64,000 nt of DNA from Lama guanicoe (taxonomy: Eukaryota): contig MU053520.1 of the NCBI GenBank assembly GCA_013239625.1, forward strand, positions 1,207,103-1,271,102, written 5' to 3'. Below are positions 37,526 to 50,559 of this stretch, one piece after another. The notes under the pieces are model-generated. The model saw only the letters and a program-made list of their open reading frames with translations, was not told where the DNA came from and did not search any database. Each line of letters begins with the position of its first letter. Within the stretch, counting starts at the first letter, position 1. The position numbers and the translations under genes are program-made.

Positions 37526-39192
37526 AAAGGAGAGAGCAATGGTTTTGAAGAGACAAATGTGGGTGCCAGTCCCCAGCCTCTGTACTCTTTGCAGAGTGGA
37601 CTTGAACAAATGGCTTATCTGACCAAACTCTCTACTCACAGAGTCAATGACAAATATAGGTAAAATGGACTGGTACAGATAGCCACTCAGTAAATGGCAG
37701 TTGCCTTCCCTTTCTACACGTTATCAAAGAAAATATTGAAACTGAATAAGTGAATTTGGCTCAAGCATGTTGAGCGACTTTCAAAGTGGGTCAAAAGGCC
37801 TCTAGGAAATATTTGGAGAATATATTCTCTAAATAAATCCATGGAGAAAGATACCACATAAAAGTGTCAGAGTTTTAATTTTTAAAATGATAAATTTAAT
37901 ATCTTGAGAAGAGTTTAGTGGATTTAAAAGAACAGGCTGCATTATTGTAGTCAGCAGGGGACTAGCTAATTGGGAGTCCATCATCTACAATAAAAAACAC
38001 AGCTGGAACCCAATCAGCTCATGGTGAGCAAGAGAAGGGTGTGTAAGAGGGGTGGGGAGGAATAAGACAATGCATGTCTGGAGAGAAAGAAACACAAAAA
38101 ATAGAAAGTCACAGTTCCAAAGAAACTTTCAGCATCAAATCTCGGAAACATAACTTATAAATTAGTTTCCCAAAGGTATGTAGTGATTTATTCAAAACCC
38201 TTCCCCTCCATCTCCCCTCTGCCAAGAGTCGTAAGGTTGCAGCAAACTCAAAGTAAATTCTCATCAGAAAAAAAGAAGATGGCAGACACTTTTGACCTCA
38301 TGCTGACCAAGCTCTTTCTCCCCAAATCATGCATTTTGTCTTCCAGAAATTTCCTCATTGCCCAAGGCAGGCTAAACTCTCCCTCCTACATATTCTCCAG
38401 CACATTGGCTCATCCCCATGGCAGGAAAGCACGGCCTTCTTATTTTCCTGTCTCTTCTATTTGCCAATAAGCTGCTGGAAAAGAGAAATTCTGTGTGCTG
38501 TCATTAGACATATGGTCACAGTGCCTGGTTTAGTATGAGACTCTCAAAGAGTTTGGTAAATGTTGAACGAAGACTAAAGAGGTGCATGTGGACCAGAGTG
38601 GGGTTCCTTTGTGTCTTTTAAAATCTTTCTAACTCCCTTCAGTAATAAATAAATTGTCACCCTTCCAAACTTAATCTCTAATTCCCATTTTCTTGATCTG
38701 CGAAATACTTCACATTCTTGTTGACGTCTAAGATGTGTGATATGTGTGAAGAACCTATCACAGAGTCTGGTAGTTTGTGTTCATTCAATGCATATTAGTT
38801 CTTTTCCCCCTTTTGTGTCAATTTGCTACTAACCTCAATCATTTCTTAATGAGATATTTGCCTGCAGAAAATACATTTGCTTTTGCCAACTTCTCTTTAA
38901 TTATTTACAACAGAATGAAGCAAGCTAACTTTAAATACTAGTGAACAATCTTTTTTTTTTTCCCCCAGCTTGCATGGAAGTTGCATGCATTCTACACCAG
39001 GTCAAAATTAACTTTGCTTCACCTGAAATTACACTCAAAAACAATTTAAGCCTTTGAAATGCATTGCTTTTTAAACCATCAAATCCCAAACCTTATTGCT
39101 CTTAACTAATGTCAGAGTGGTGTGCACACCAAGTATAGAGTTCATGGATTATCAACAGAAATTCTTACAACTACTCACATGCTGATTGACAG

Positions 39193-39400
39193 TAGGTAGC
39201 AGGGCAAAATGTACCACTTTTGGCAGCAGATTTTTGGTGTTCAACTCCTAATCTACCATGATTAGTCTGCAAATGGGAAGAATAATAATACTCAGATCAT
39301 AGGGTTATTATAAGGATTAAATTAGTTAATATATAGAAATCACTTACAGTAATGCCAAACACAAAGTACTCACCATACTTGTGTTTACCATTGTTACTGC
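39193..39400 (+). mobile_element. MIR SINE
   Basis: tctgcaaatggg..aataataatac..catagggttattataaggattaaattagttaatatata..cacttacagtaatgcc. Confidence 0.8.
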
Positions 39401-39544
39401 TACTATAACGTGGGTCATTATGAAAAAGTAATTGATGTGTCTGAAATGTGGATTTATAATGGCAGTAACGTGCTAATAGAATTTTTTTTTTCATTTTAGA
39501 GTGTTTTTTTATTGCAAACTTTGACCAGGATGACTTCATTTCAT

Positions 39545-39690
39545 CTGTATCACTCTCCACATTGCACATCAAAAAATTAAGCAGAGAGCCGTTAAATTAT
39601 TTTCCAAGGTCACACAATAAGTAAATGACAGAAATAAACTAAAACCCCAAATCTGATTCCATGTTCAGTCTTTATCCATCACACCACCAC
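39545..39690 (-). mobile_element. MIR SINE fragment
   Basis: gcagagagccgttaaattattttccaaggtcacacaataagtaaatgacaga. Confidence 0.7.
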
Positions 39691-40769
39691 TAAGGCATTC
39701 TAAACATAAGAAACAGGTGAAATAGAAATCTAAATCACAACCTGGCTGTAATGAGATAATGCACAGCCCTTTTTGGTGTTGGTTGGATATACCCTTATGC
39801 CTCTTATCTCCTGGAAGGAGACCCTGTTTGCACAAGCATGGCAGACCAACTCAGCTCAACACTTTATTTAAAAGATCACAATGTCAATGTGAGTACATTA
39901 CTGGGAGAAATTCATTTTAATACGGCTCAAAATGGTAGCACGCCTGTGAGGCATTTGTGAAGCTCTGGTTAGGAAGCGTTAACCAGCATTAAAACGCCTA
40001 AATTTGCATTTGATCCCAGATCTTCCAAGTCAAACACTATAGCTTATACACTCACTTGCTGTTTTTATTACACCATGTTATTTCTCTGAAAATATTTAGA
40101 TACTGAATAAGGGAAGCTGTTTTACAAAGAGTATTACTGGCATTCATAAAGATGTGCTGGTGTATACTTTCATACAAAAACTGGAATCCTCTATAAATGC
40201 ATAGCTTCATTTTTTTACAGCTTTCCTTTCATTTTGTGTTAATGGAATAGCATGTGTGACTGTCTCTGATAGGAACTGGTGATTTGCCATGAAATGAGGA
40301 TGTGCGGATTGTCATAGGCTTCAATAACACTTTCATTCTTTTCATATTAACAGAATCCACTATATCTTTCCACATTTTTTGAAGTTTTCTTTTCTACAAA
40401 GATGTGCTCAATACTGGTGTGACATTCAGGTAAGTTGTTAACTGGCAATCATTTGTACCTCTTAAAAACAAGACAGCGTCATCAGACAGATGGATAACTT
40501 CAATGCAGGACTATTAAGCTCCGTGTATGGTGATGTGCTGTTGCTAATTGACAAGCACAGATATTTCCTATGTTAGGAATACATCAGAAAGCCTGATCCA
40601 ACTTCCCATAAGAGTCAGAAGTAACCAAGGCAGCTGGATGCAATCTTCAAGTTCCCTTCTCTGAATTAACCCACAGAGATTACAGAACCACATGACAGAT
40701 CATAGTCCAAAGGACCTCTCCTGCCCTGTCATTGCTTTTTGTTATTTTTGTACTTCAGTTTGCTTCTTT

Positions 40770-42125
40770 AGTTGCAACTTACTCATCTTTTCAGTCAATT
40801 ATTATCTTCATGCAATAACATCTTCTGATGTGGCATCAACTACCTCCATGTCAGTGACTCCCAAATCTTTATCTCTGATCTCAAATTTTCTTCCAAGACC
40901 CCAGCTGTGTTATGTCCAGTGACATTCTCCACCCGGGGATCCCATAAGTACCTTGGCATTAAAAACAGAATTACTTTCCTCTGACACATTTAAATCTGCT
41001 TTTCTTCTCCAGTTTCTATCCCCACATACATCTCAGAACCATCTTCCCTTCTTTTCTCTTTTTAAAACTCCCTATTAACCTAGAACCTGTCAAGTCTATC
41101 ACTGAAATGCCATTCAAATCTCTCTGCTTCTCTCTCCATTGTTTTCCTTCGAGTTTCCCATCTCGTTGTTTCTTGGACTGGCCTGGTAGCTGTCACGTTT
41201 ATCTTCCTACATCCTGTCACTTCTTTTTCTAAACCATGCCTCACATTGTCTTTCTAAAACAAAGATCTGATCATGTCATTTTTCTCTTCTTAAACAGCCT
41301 GTCTCCCCTTCCTTGCTTAGAAAATGTCTTCTCAATCTTTCAAGACCAAAGTCAACGATTACAGTTCCTCTACATCCTTCCTTGACTTTTCCAGGCAGAT
41401 TTAGTCTCTCTTATCTGAATTCCAATAGCCTTTTTAAAAGCATCTGTTACAGTGCTGTTGATTTCTTTACATACTGAAGTGACCAGGATAATAGACTTTC
41501 AGAAATGCACCAACTGACAGTATTTAAATTTTTTTTTTTTTCAGAATCACAATGTTGAGGTCCTTGCTGGGTCCTGAAATTTCCTTGTTAATCACCAATG
41601 GAATGCAAGCTCATGAGAACACGGAATTCGTTTGTGTAAAGGGCTAAGGTCTTTCCTGCAATTCTCTATCAAGGACTGCAAGGCCCAAGCCTAAAGCACG
41701 TCTTGTTGCGTGCCTGTATGTGTCTGGGCACACATGAACACCAGACCCAAAACCTTACAACAGATTTCTCTGGACTTAACTTACACTTTATTTTTCTCTT
41801 TGTTGAAATAGATCCTGCAGAGTGTATTTTCCTGGACTTTCTTACTGTTAGATCATCTACTTCTGAGAACTGTTAATTCATCTTGGCCTTGCCCCTACCT
41901 CAACTTTCCTGTCTCTTGTCCCTACCGTAACATAACATATCCTCTGTAAGTACCAAAAGAGAGGTCTCCCTCTTGTTCTAACTCTCTGGCTAACAGTGAA
42001 TAAGGGCTTTATCTTTGTTGTTCCATTTTGCTAGAACTTATTTGAGAACCTCTGATATCTATTTAATTCTGTGTCTGGTACATATTAGGAGTAGGCACTA
42101 AGTAATGTCATTTGTTGAATGAATG
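40770..42125 (+). mobile_element. LINE-2 fragments; 3' end split by an LTR-like insert (~41633-42057)
   Basis: tttctaaaacaaagatctgatcatgtca; gaatgcaagctcatgagaac...tctggtacatattaggagtaggcactaag..tttgttgaatgaatgaa tail. Confidence 0.6.
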
Positions 42126-44304
42126 AAGGCATTATCTTTGTTAGAAGTTAATCGTGTGTCAGGAAATGAAGCTGTAGGTGAATATGCCTTAGACGTGGTG
42201 TGAGTTCAGTATGACCTAGATTCTTGGCCAAAGAGAGTTCTGCAGCTTATCAAGGAATGGGGCTAAGCCTATAGAAACATACCAGAAAGACATCACAAAC
42301 CAGCCTAGGAAGGATTCTAGGATGGCCCTGCACTTGTACAGTAGTTTTTCTATGTGTTGTTGTACTGCCCTTCTGTTATCCCTGATTATTCAGTAAATGT
42401 TAATGGTTCCTGCCTGGTCTCAGTGACATGTAGAAAATTAGAGAATTCTTGTGGCTGGCCATCCATGGGAAAAGTGATGCAGAGAACAGTTTCCCCATCA
42501 TGTGAAGAGTGCTTCCTCTTCTAACAGGAGAGAAGGGTGAAGGGGTAGTAGCTGTCACTAGCAGGGAACAGCTGCATCGAAAAAGAGAGGGAGACAGAGA
42601 TTTGAGTACTAAAAAGAACTGTGATCATATTACATGTCACAGACAGGTAAGGCCTGGGATATTGGGGCTGATATATTTTCTCTTCTGTTTCCTCTAGATT
42701 AAGGGTCATGACATTTTTACCTTGGCACTTCTGGTGTCAAGCATACTCTTGATAGGATATCTGGGTATTTAATTGAATTAATGAGAAATAAAGCAGGAAT
42801 TTTAGAGATAAGGTAATCCTTTCATTCACCTTTATATACATTTATTACATTCACAAAACATACAAGTTATTTTTTATCAAGAATTGGGAGGTACAAACAC
42901 AAGGAAGGTATGATTCCTACTGAGAAATCACTGTTCAGTGCAGCAGATATGGATGCAACTGACTCCAATATGAAGCACAAGCAAATAAAGTTCAGTTCAT
43001 TCTGAGTGTTGGAGGAGGCTTTTCAGAGGTGACCTGAGAGGTGACCTCTGGAGAAGGGCAGGATGTGTAAAGTGAGTTGGATGTGGAGGCAAACACCAGT
43101 TGACACTTACCCAAATCATTCATTCAGTCAGTGATATGTTTGACAGGTGTTTTCACTAGGCATTTAACATGTGAGGTGCTCATGAAACAGAATTAGATAT
43201 ATGATAAGGAGAAGAGATGAAAGGAGTCCATTCTTTAAGAATAAAGAGTAATGGGGAAATGGCTGGAGAAAGGGCGCATTTCTAGGCTTAGACAAGGAAT
43301 TTGTGGGGCTTCTATGCAGCAGGTGTCCTTTCTCAGAGAACATGAGAAGACTACCCTCCTTGCAGTGGGTCAGGGAAGGTCTTGTTAGGGCATTGCTGGT
43401 GCCAGCCAACATCACAGAGTGATCCTAGAGGGCCAGAGCTGGACAGAGAGATCCTGAAATGGATATAAAAGATTTGCAGGATGAGACCAAGAAATGGTTA
43501 CGTTTCTGTATAGAGAATCAAAAAAACCAGAAAAATCAAGGTGATAAGTCAAAGGGCAAAGGTGTCACTAGGGACTAGGAATACATGCCCAAAGCATTGG
43601 TAAGGATGGCAGGGGGGTGTGTGATGAGCTGAGTTTAAAGGCTGACTGCAATTTAATAAGGCAAATCACAGCTGCTCCTCTGGACGGACATTAGGGTTTA
43701 CAATAGATGATGGAAGCAAAGGGGGATAAACAAAAGGAATAGAAGGAGTTGGTGCAAAGCCGAGGTGACTATCGGTACCCTGTGAGAATAATTCAGTCTG
43801 TTTTCATCCCTCTGGTAGAGTTTGAAAGGAAGTCTCATTCCAATTAGATTATGGAAGCATAAATACACTTTGTAAATTCTAGAATGGGGAAATTCAAGCA
43901 TGTAAGCCAGAGCCAAGATAGTTATAAGAATTTTGTCCAAATAAAATTAAGACCTAATCTCCAGAAAATGAATCTCGGGGTAAAAATATGAGCAAACGAT
44001 CCTTATTTAATAGTTAATGTACGCAACAGAGATTCCCTTCGAATAACCAATGCCCTATGAGAATAGAGAAACCGTAGGTGTCCACATGAATGGAAATAAG
44101 AGAGATCTTTTCTCCCCTGGAAACATAGGATGGGAAGGTGGGTCACTGACTCATTACAGAAGTATTGGCCTGCCTGTCTTTGGCTTAAGTATTAATATCC
44201 ATTCCTATTGGTTTTAGTAGTGAGGACCCTAAACGCTGATCTGATGACATTTTATCTTATAATTATCTTTTTGCATAAACTTTCATTCATCTCACCCACC
44301 AGAT

Positions 44305-44495
44305 TAGTGGTTTTCAATCCCAGTGTATATTAAATAAACTGGAAATTTTAATTTTGTTCATTTTTTTAATGAATAAATATTCTAGGACTCTATCTACAGA
44401 AATTGTAACTTAAATGGTCCGGGTTGGAACCTGGCCACTAATAGTTTTTAAACTTTTCTAGGTAATTATAATGTGTACTCAGAGTTAAAATTTTC
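44305..44495. mobile_element. MER5-type MITE
   Basis: tagtggttttcaatccc..ggtccgggttggaacctgg..tttttaaac..ctaggtaattataatgtg. Confidence 0.65.
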
Positions 44496-45109
44496 ACAAT
44501 GCATTAAAATACCATTAACTACTAAACAGATTCCTCATTGAATTATTTGGGTTGGTAGAAAAATGTAAAGCAAAAATTCAAAATCATTGCTTTTTAAAGA
44601 TTATCTTGGAATGAAAGTAAAAGATATTTTGAAGTGCTCTAAAATTTTCCTCCAAGACAATAGGAGGCTTCTGAATTAAGATACTTGAGAATAATCATTA
44701 CCTCTCTTCTTCCTCCAAATCCAAAAGAAATAATGGGGGTTGTAAATTCATAGCAGTACTAGGAAACTGAGGAGATTCCTGCCCACATACCAAAATGATA
44801 AGGAATTTCTGGAAAATAAAACATGAGTGAGATAAAGAAACTGAGACCTATGCATGCTTGAGATGTGGTCAATGAAAAAGCAAGTTTTCACCCATAAAAT
44901 CCAGGAATAACAAAAGACAAAAGGCAGCCTAAACTAGCAAGAGCCAGAAGAGGGAATTCGGCAAGTAGTTAAGGACTGCAAAACTGATATTCTGACTCTG
45001 GCTTTCTGAACATGAGGCAAGATGGGATGCTAGGAGAAAGATGGAGTAATAGGAACAAAGTTGTGGGAGAGTAATGAGAATAAATTTGTTTTAGAGAAAG
45101 AGAATAATC

Positions 45110-45945
45110 ATGAACAATTATAAGTGACTATCATATATTTAGCACCCCAGTTGAGAACAGAACATCGCTGGTACCTTAGAATTCTTCCATGCTAAATCCC
45201 ATTTTCTCCCCACCAAAAGTAGCACTAAATTAATTTGATGGCTATCATTTATTCATTTACATTTTAGAAAATAATTTACAACCTATGATCACAACTATAA
45301 CAATATATTATTTTGTTTTGCCTCTTCTTGAGCTTGACGTAAATGAAATCATGACTCAACAAAATATGTTTATAAGTTTCAACCTTGTAGATGTCTGTGT
45401 GTAGTTCTCATTCATTCCTTTTCACTGCTAGATAATAATCTGCTTTATAAATTTGCCACCATTTTTAACCAGTTACTCTTGAAGAACATTTGAATTGCTT
45501 CCATCTTTTAACTTCATTTTATGAACAGTGTTGCTATGAATATTTTTGTAATATTACCTGATGCACATGTGTAAAGATTCCCCTTCGTTGTACACCTAGG
45601 AGTAATCTGTTCATTTGTTCCACTTTCCTAGGACATGCCAAACTATTTTCAAAGTGCTTGTACCAATTTATACTCCCACCAGAAGTATATGAAAGACCGT
45701 GTTGCTTTCCATTCTTGCCATTACCTGGATGGTTAAACTTTAACATTTTAAACTTGTGTATATATAAAATTATCTCATCGTGCTTTTAATTTGAATTTAT
45801 TTGGTTAAAAAGTAGACAAAACATCTTCTTTGGTGTATTAGTCATTTGAGTTTCCTTTTCTGTGAATTTCCTATTCAAATTTTTATCTATTTTTCTATTA
45901 CCTTGTCCATTTTTTTAAGGATTAATAAAATTTCATTAAATGATT
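45110..45945 (-). mobile_element. Old LINE-1 (L1ME-like) 3' fragment
   Basis: ORF 45534..45746 contains LSYTSGGSINWYKHFENSLA, resembling the ORF2p [16 protein letters not shown] region. Confidence 0.75.
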
Positions 45946-46123
45946 AATTCTAAAAATGTTTATTTGGCTTTATGTACCAGGCCCTGGTCTAGGTACTCAG
46001 GATGCATCAATGGAAAACACACATGAACACACACACCTCCCAAACAAAATAAACATTTCCCAATCTTAGAGACCTGACATTCTAAGGCTGATGTTAGTGA
46101 AAGAGGGGAATCAGGCAAATGTA

Positions 46124-46180
46124 CAGAAAGAAAAGAAAGAAAAGAAGAAAAGAAAGAAAAAGAAAGAAAGAAAGAACAAA
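46124..46180 (+). repeat. (GAAA/GAAAA)n simple repeat
   Basis: agaaagaaaagaaagaaaagaagaaaagaaagaaaaagaaagaaagaaag. Confidence 0.9.
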
Positions 46181-46229
46181 GTCCTGGAAGTCCTTAATTT
46201 TATGAAAAAATTAAAAAATGGCAAAGTGA

Positions 46230-46720
46230 TATTTTTTGGTAGATGTCCCATTAGCACTTAAAAATAATTTTATTCTTCAGTTTTGATTGTGTTGTCCTAT
46301 AAATAACAATAAGTTCAGATTGTTTCACGACATTGTTCAGAGCTTCTTCATGCTGAATGATTGGATTGTTCTATAAGTTACTGTGTTAGAATTTCAAACA
46401 ATGATTGTGGATTTACCTGTGTCTTTTTTTGGTTCTGTCAAATTTTCTTTATATATTTGAAGTTATGCTATTAGGTATATACAAATTTAAGATTGTTATT
46501 TATTCCCTTGAAAGACCATTTATTTTATTTATTTGTATTTTGAAATATCCATTTAGTTTGTCTGATGGTCTTACAGCCACATTGGCATTCTTTTGCTAGG
46601 TATTTGCATGGTATATCTTTTTCATCTTTGTCTTTAACCTATCTGCATTTTTCAGTCTGTTTATTCTAAACAGCCTATAGTTGAATCTGTTTAAAATCCA
46701 GTCTGACAAATGTCTTGATC
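46230..46720 (-). mobile_element. Old LINE-1 ORF2 endonuclease-region fragment
   Basis: atgattgtggatttacctgt..tatatatttgaagttatgctattagg..tttgcatggtatatctttt..aatccagtctgacaa. Confidence 0.75.
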
Positions 46721-46734
46721 CATTTAAATAATCC

Positions 46735-47535
46735 ATAAGCACATGGAAAATTGCACAACATCATTAGTCATCATGGAAATGCATTTTAAAACCATAATTC
46801 GATGCCTCTACAGAGCTGGCAGAACAGTTAAAATATAAAGAATGACAATAGTAAGTTTTGAAAAGATATGAAACAACTAGGATTCTCATACTTTGTCTGT
46901 GGGTGTGTGAATTGGTTAAGCTACTTAAGCAAATGATTCAGCATTATCTACAGGCACCCTAAGACATCAGCTCTGCTCCTAGTTATCTACCCAACAGTTA
47001 AGTATGAGTGCATATGTCCAATAAAAGACATGTGCAAGATTATTCATAACAGCTTTACTCATCACAGCAAAACTGAAAACAACTCGAATATCTATCAATA
47101 GGAAAATGAACAAATACTTTTTGGTTTACTCGTGCAATGATAGACCACATGACAAGAGAAAAGAACTACATGATACATGAAAAAACATGAAAGGATCTCA
47201 CAGACATGATGTTGAGTGAAAGAAGCCGGGCATGAGAGTGAAAGTGCTGTGTGAGTCAAAGTATACAATGTTCAGTAAGAGGTGAAATTAACCTTGGGTG
47301 ATGGATACCCAGAGCAGTGGTTACCCCTGGGGGAAGTCGATTGATGATAAGGTAGACTGGCAGAAGGAGACCCTCTGGTGCGCTGGAAATGTTGCCTATC
47401 TTGACCTGAGTCGTGGTTTCATGAATATATACAAAATTAACCTAAAATGTCATCAACCTGTACACTTCAGATGTGCACGTTTACTGTGTGTGTTATGTCT
47501 CAGTAAAAAGAACAACAACAAAAAGAAAATAAATA
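46735..47535 (+). mobile_element. Old LINE-1 (L1MC/L1ME-like) 3' end
   Basis: catcattagtcatcatggaaatgca..atctcacagacatgatgttgagtgaaagaagcc..ctgtacacttcagatgtgcac plus A-rich tail. Confidence 0.8.
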
Positions 47536-49164
47536 CTAAGTTTTCGTATTAAAATAAAAGTCCCCAAATCAGTACATATGAAAGTCATTTAAGATATGCC
47601 AGTTTGGGTTTTATGTTATCTCCCCATGATGTAATGTTGGGTAAGGAGAGGTACGTCCCTACAGCACTGCTCAGCAGAGAATGCATGTTTTGAGTGGTCT
47701 TTCCAAGGTTTTGAAACAGTGAAATTGATCTTTGGTCCTCATGGAGGGTTGTGCCAAGGACACAATGAGATGGAATGAAGTAGAATCATCAAAGTGTTCA
47801 GCTCCAGATTTTGTGGTCCTTTACCCTCCAGAAAGGCACTGGTGGGTATTTGTTCAGCCATTTGTTTATACTGACCATGCACAGAGAGAGGCATGAAAGA
47901 TATAGAATCCATCTGGACCTGTAATGTTGTATAGCGGACTTCAGGGAAATGATTAACTGAGATAATGTGTAAATTGCTTCGAAGAGTACCCGGCACGTAA
48001 TGTTTGATTATTAATGTTAGTTCTCTTTGTTTATTTTTGGCACTTTGAGAAAAACAGATGCATGTTTGGAATCTAGACATGTCTTAATCCCTGAGTAGAT
48101 TCAGAAAAGATATTGATTTATTTTTAATCTCTTTATTATTCATTGATGACAAAGCATTAGAGTGGAGATTCAGAAATCACTTGTCAAGAGGTGATGAGGA
48201 GCAAGAGCCTCTTCCCCACTTTCATTTTGCTCACATGGGTTTTTCTGTAAAATAGATGCTCTTGGCAGTCAGACAGCGTGATTCGCTATATCCCACGTGG
48301 TAGGGTGAGTGACAATTAGAACAACCCCCAGCCCTCTGTATTATTCTTTATTCCGCATTATTCCTTCTTTTTTTTCCTTTAGGTTTTAAGCTCCTTCAGG
48401 TGGATAATAAATTAGCCCTCTGGATCAAAAAGAAATTCCCATGTTGTGTAAAGTCCAGTTGTTCCAACTTCTCAGGTAACTGGTAATTAATCTTTCCATC
48501 AGCCTTCTGTAAAGGGTGATGAGTTTTTACTGAGTTACAAATAAATTTAGCAACTTCTCAGAAATTAATTTTGCATTAAAAAAAACACAGTAACAATGAA
48601 AATTCCTCGAAGACCGCACTTCATTTTATGCCTAGTGGCAAATATTCCTTGATTATGCTGGTGGTTAGGAATGGTTTAGCTTTAATTTAACTTTCTGCAA
48701 AAATGACACATCGCCCACTGTCTATAGGATGCCAAAAGCCTGGTGACAGGTGAACACCCTAGCGGGCCATCTGGATAGCTACTAAATGCCAGTCATTCAG
48801 GAAAGCACAAAGAGTAAACAAGTGAATGAATTTTCACTTTTCTTCCAGTTTTTATGTCTTTTTTTCCTCCCACATTTTGTCCCTTTCATTGTTGTAATTT
48901 CCCTTCTGATTTATCTGTGATAACCACTATTGGGTGTACTGAATTTTCTTTCAGAATGACAGCATCCCTTCCTATTCTGCTTAGCGTTTCATCCTCCTTT
49001 CTCCGTAGGATTTATGTCAATTGAGGATCTAAGCAATTGATAAACTGTAGCACACCTTCCCACATATGACTGATGTTGGCATTCATTCAGGGCTCTTCAT
49101 GTGAGTTTTGGGTGTAAATGTCACTGCCAATATAATAAACTGTATTCAAAGCTCTGAACGCTCA

Positions 49165-49277
49165 TAGACACAAGATTGAAAACTGACCATACCTCAATAA
49201 ACATATATATATATATATATATATGTTTATATATATATACACACACAATATATATATATACACACACAAATTTAAAA
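49165..49277 (+). mobile_element. Ultra-short LINE-1 3' tip with tail converted to (AT)n(AC)n, 17-bp TSD
   Basis: TSD aaagctctgaac(g/a)ctca at 49148-49164 and 49278-49294; tagacacaagattgaaaactgaccatacctcaataaa resembles the L1 ends at 51550 and 63700. Confidence 0.85.
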
Positions 49278-50559
49278 AAAGCTCTGAACACTCAGTAAAT
49301 TTCCCAAGCTAATGACATCTTTGGTACTTTTAAACTTGCTGAAAGAGAGAGATGACAACACGAAGGAATCTTGAATTTAGATTCCTTATCATCACATCTT
49401 GCTGTCTGGATAAACTTTGACTTTTTTTTTTTTAAATTTTGACTTTTTTTTAACTCCCCGAGTCTCCTTTTTATAACCAGTAGGCCCAAAATAACCTGTG
49501 AAGATTTCTGTGTGGACCAAAAGAGATGCCATAATCTGAGAAAGTGCCTTGGAAACTATCAAGGGGTTTATCACTGTGAGGTATAGGGATGTGCAATAGC
49601 ATTTACTGTGTTAAGAAGGATGGATGGCATCAGGCACTGAATACAAAGTGGAGGGTTAAAAACTTATAAGAACCTCAATGACAGGAATTGTGCCATTGGG
49701 TTATAATGTGCTCCATATCTCAGCTGAAATGAGGTGCACCTCATAAATGTTTGCTAAGTGAGAAAGAAAAATTAAACTATAAAATAGAAGAATCTTTAAA
49801 TTTCAAGTCATATGGCTATATTTTAATAGATTCACTCTCTTGTACTCTTGTTATTGTTTTCAACCTGCTGAGAATCAATCAATACTTATTTCTTAAAGTT
49901 TACTGTGCATCAGGTGGTTGGCAGGGACTGTGAGAAACAAAGAAGTCATTCAGAATCAAGGAAGGAGTGTTCTGATTCAGAGCACTGACTTCAGCCTATG
50001 TGTTTAACTCTCTTGTCCCCTCCACCCACAGCCCCTTCCAATGAGTAAATTTTATTAGCATCAGGAAGCAGAAAGTGTCTAAAACCTGTAAAATTTTAGT
50101 AGAAATAAAACAGACTTGCAAGTTGCCCAAACTCCAAGGCACTGGATGAATATAGAAAACTGAATGTGTGTAAAAGTTCTCAGTGCAACCAAAGTCAGAG
50201 TGACTCTCTCTCTTGCTCTCTCTATCATATAAATTTATTTTTTGCATGCAAACATATGCATGTGCATATCACTATTTGAAGAAAGAAACAGAGAACATAG
50301 GAGGAAGTTAGAAAAGAAGCCATTATAAAATTAAAAACTGAGAAATAGAAACAGTAATTTACATCATTTGAAGTAAGAAAAGGGATATAAGTATAGGAGG
50401 AAAGTATTTTAGCTATATTGATTATGAGTCTATAAAATTATATCATATTAAAATACGCACATTATATATAAACTTATGGTCATGTTAAAGTCCTACTCAA
50501 AAAGCTCTATTTTTCAAGAAAAATACTGTATTATCAGATTGACTTAAAAAGGAAGAACA

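Noticed and set aside
43168..43701. Possible additional LTR (tgtgagg..ttaca)
   Set aside because: No TSD or family-diagnostic motif I could support
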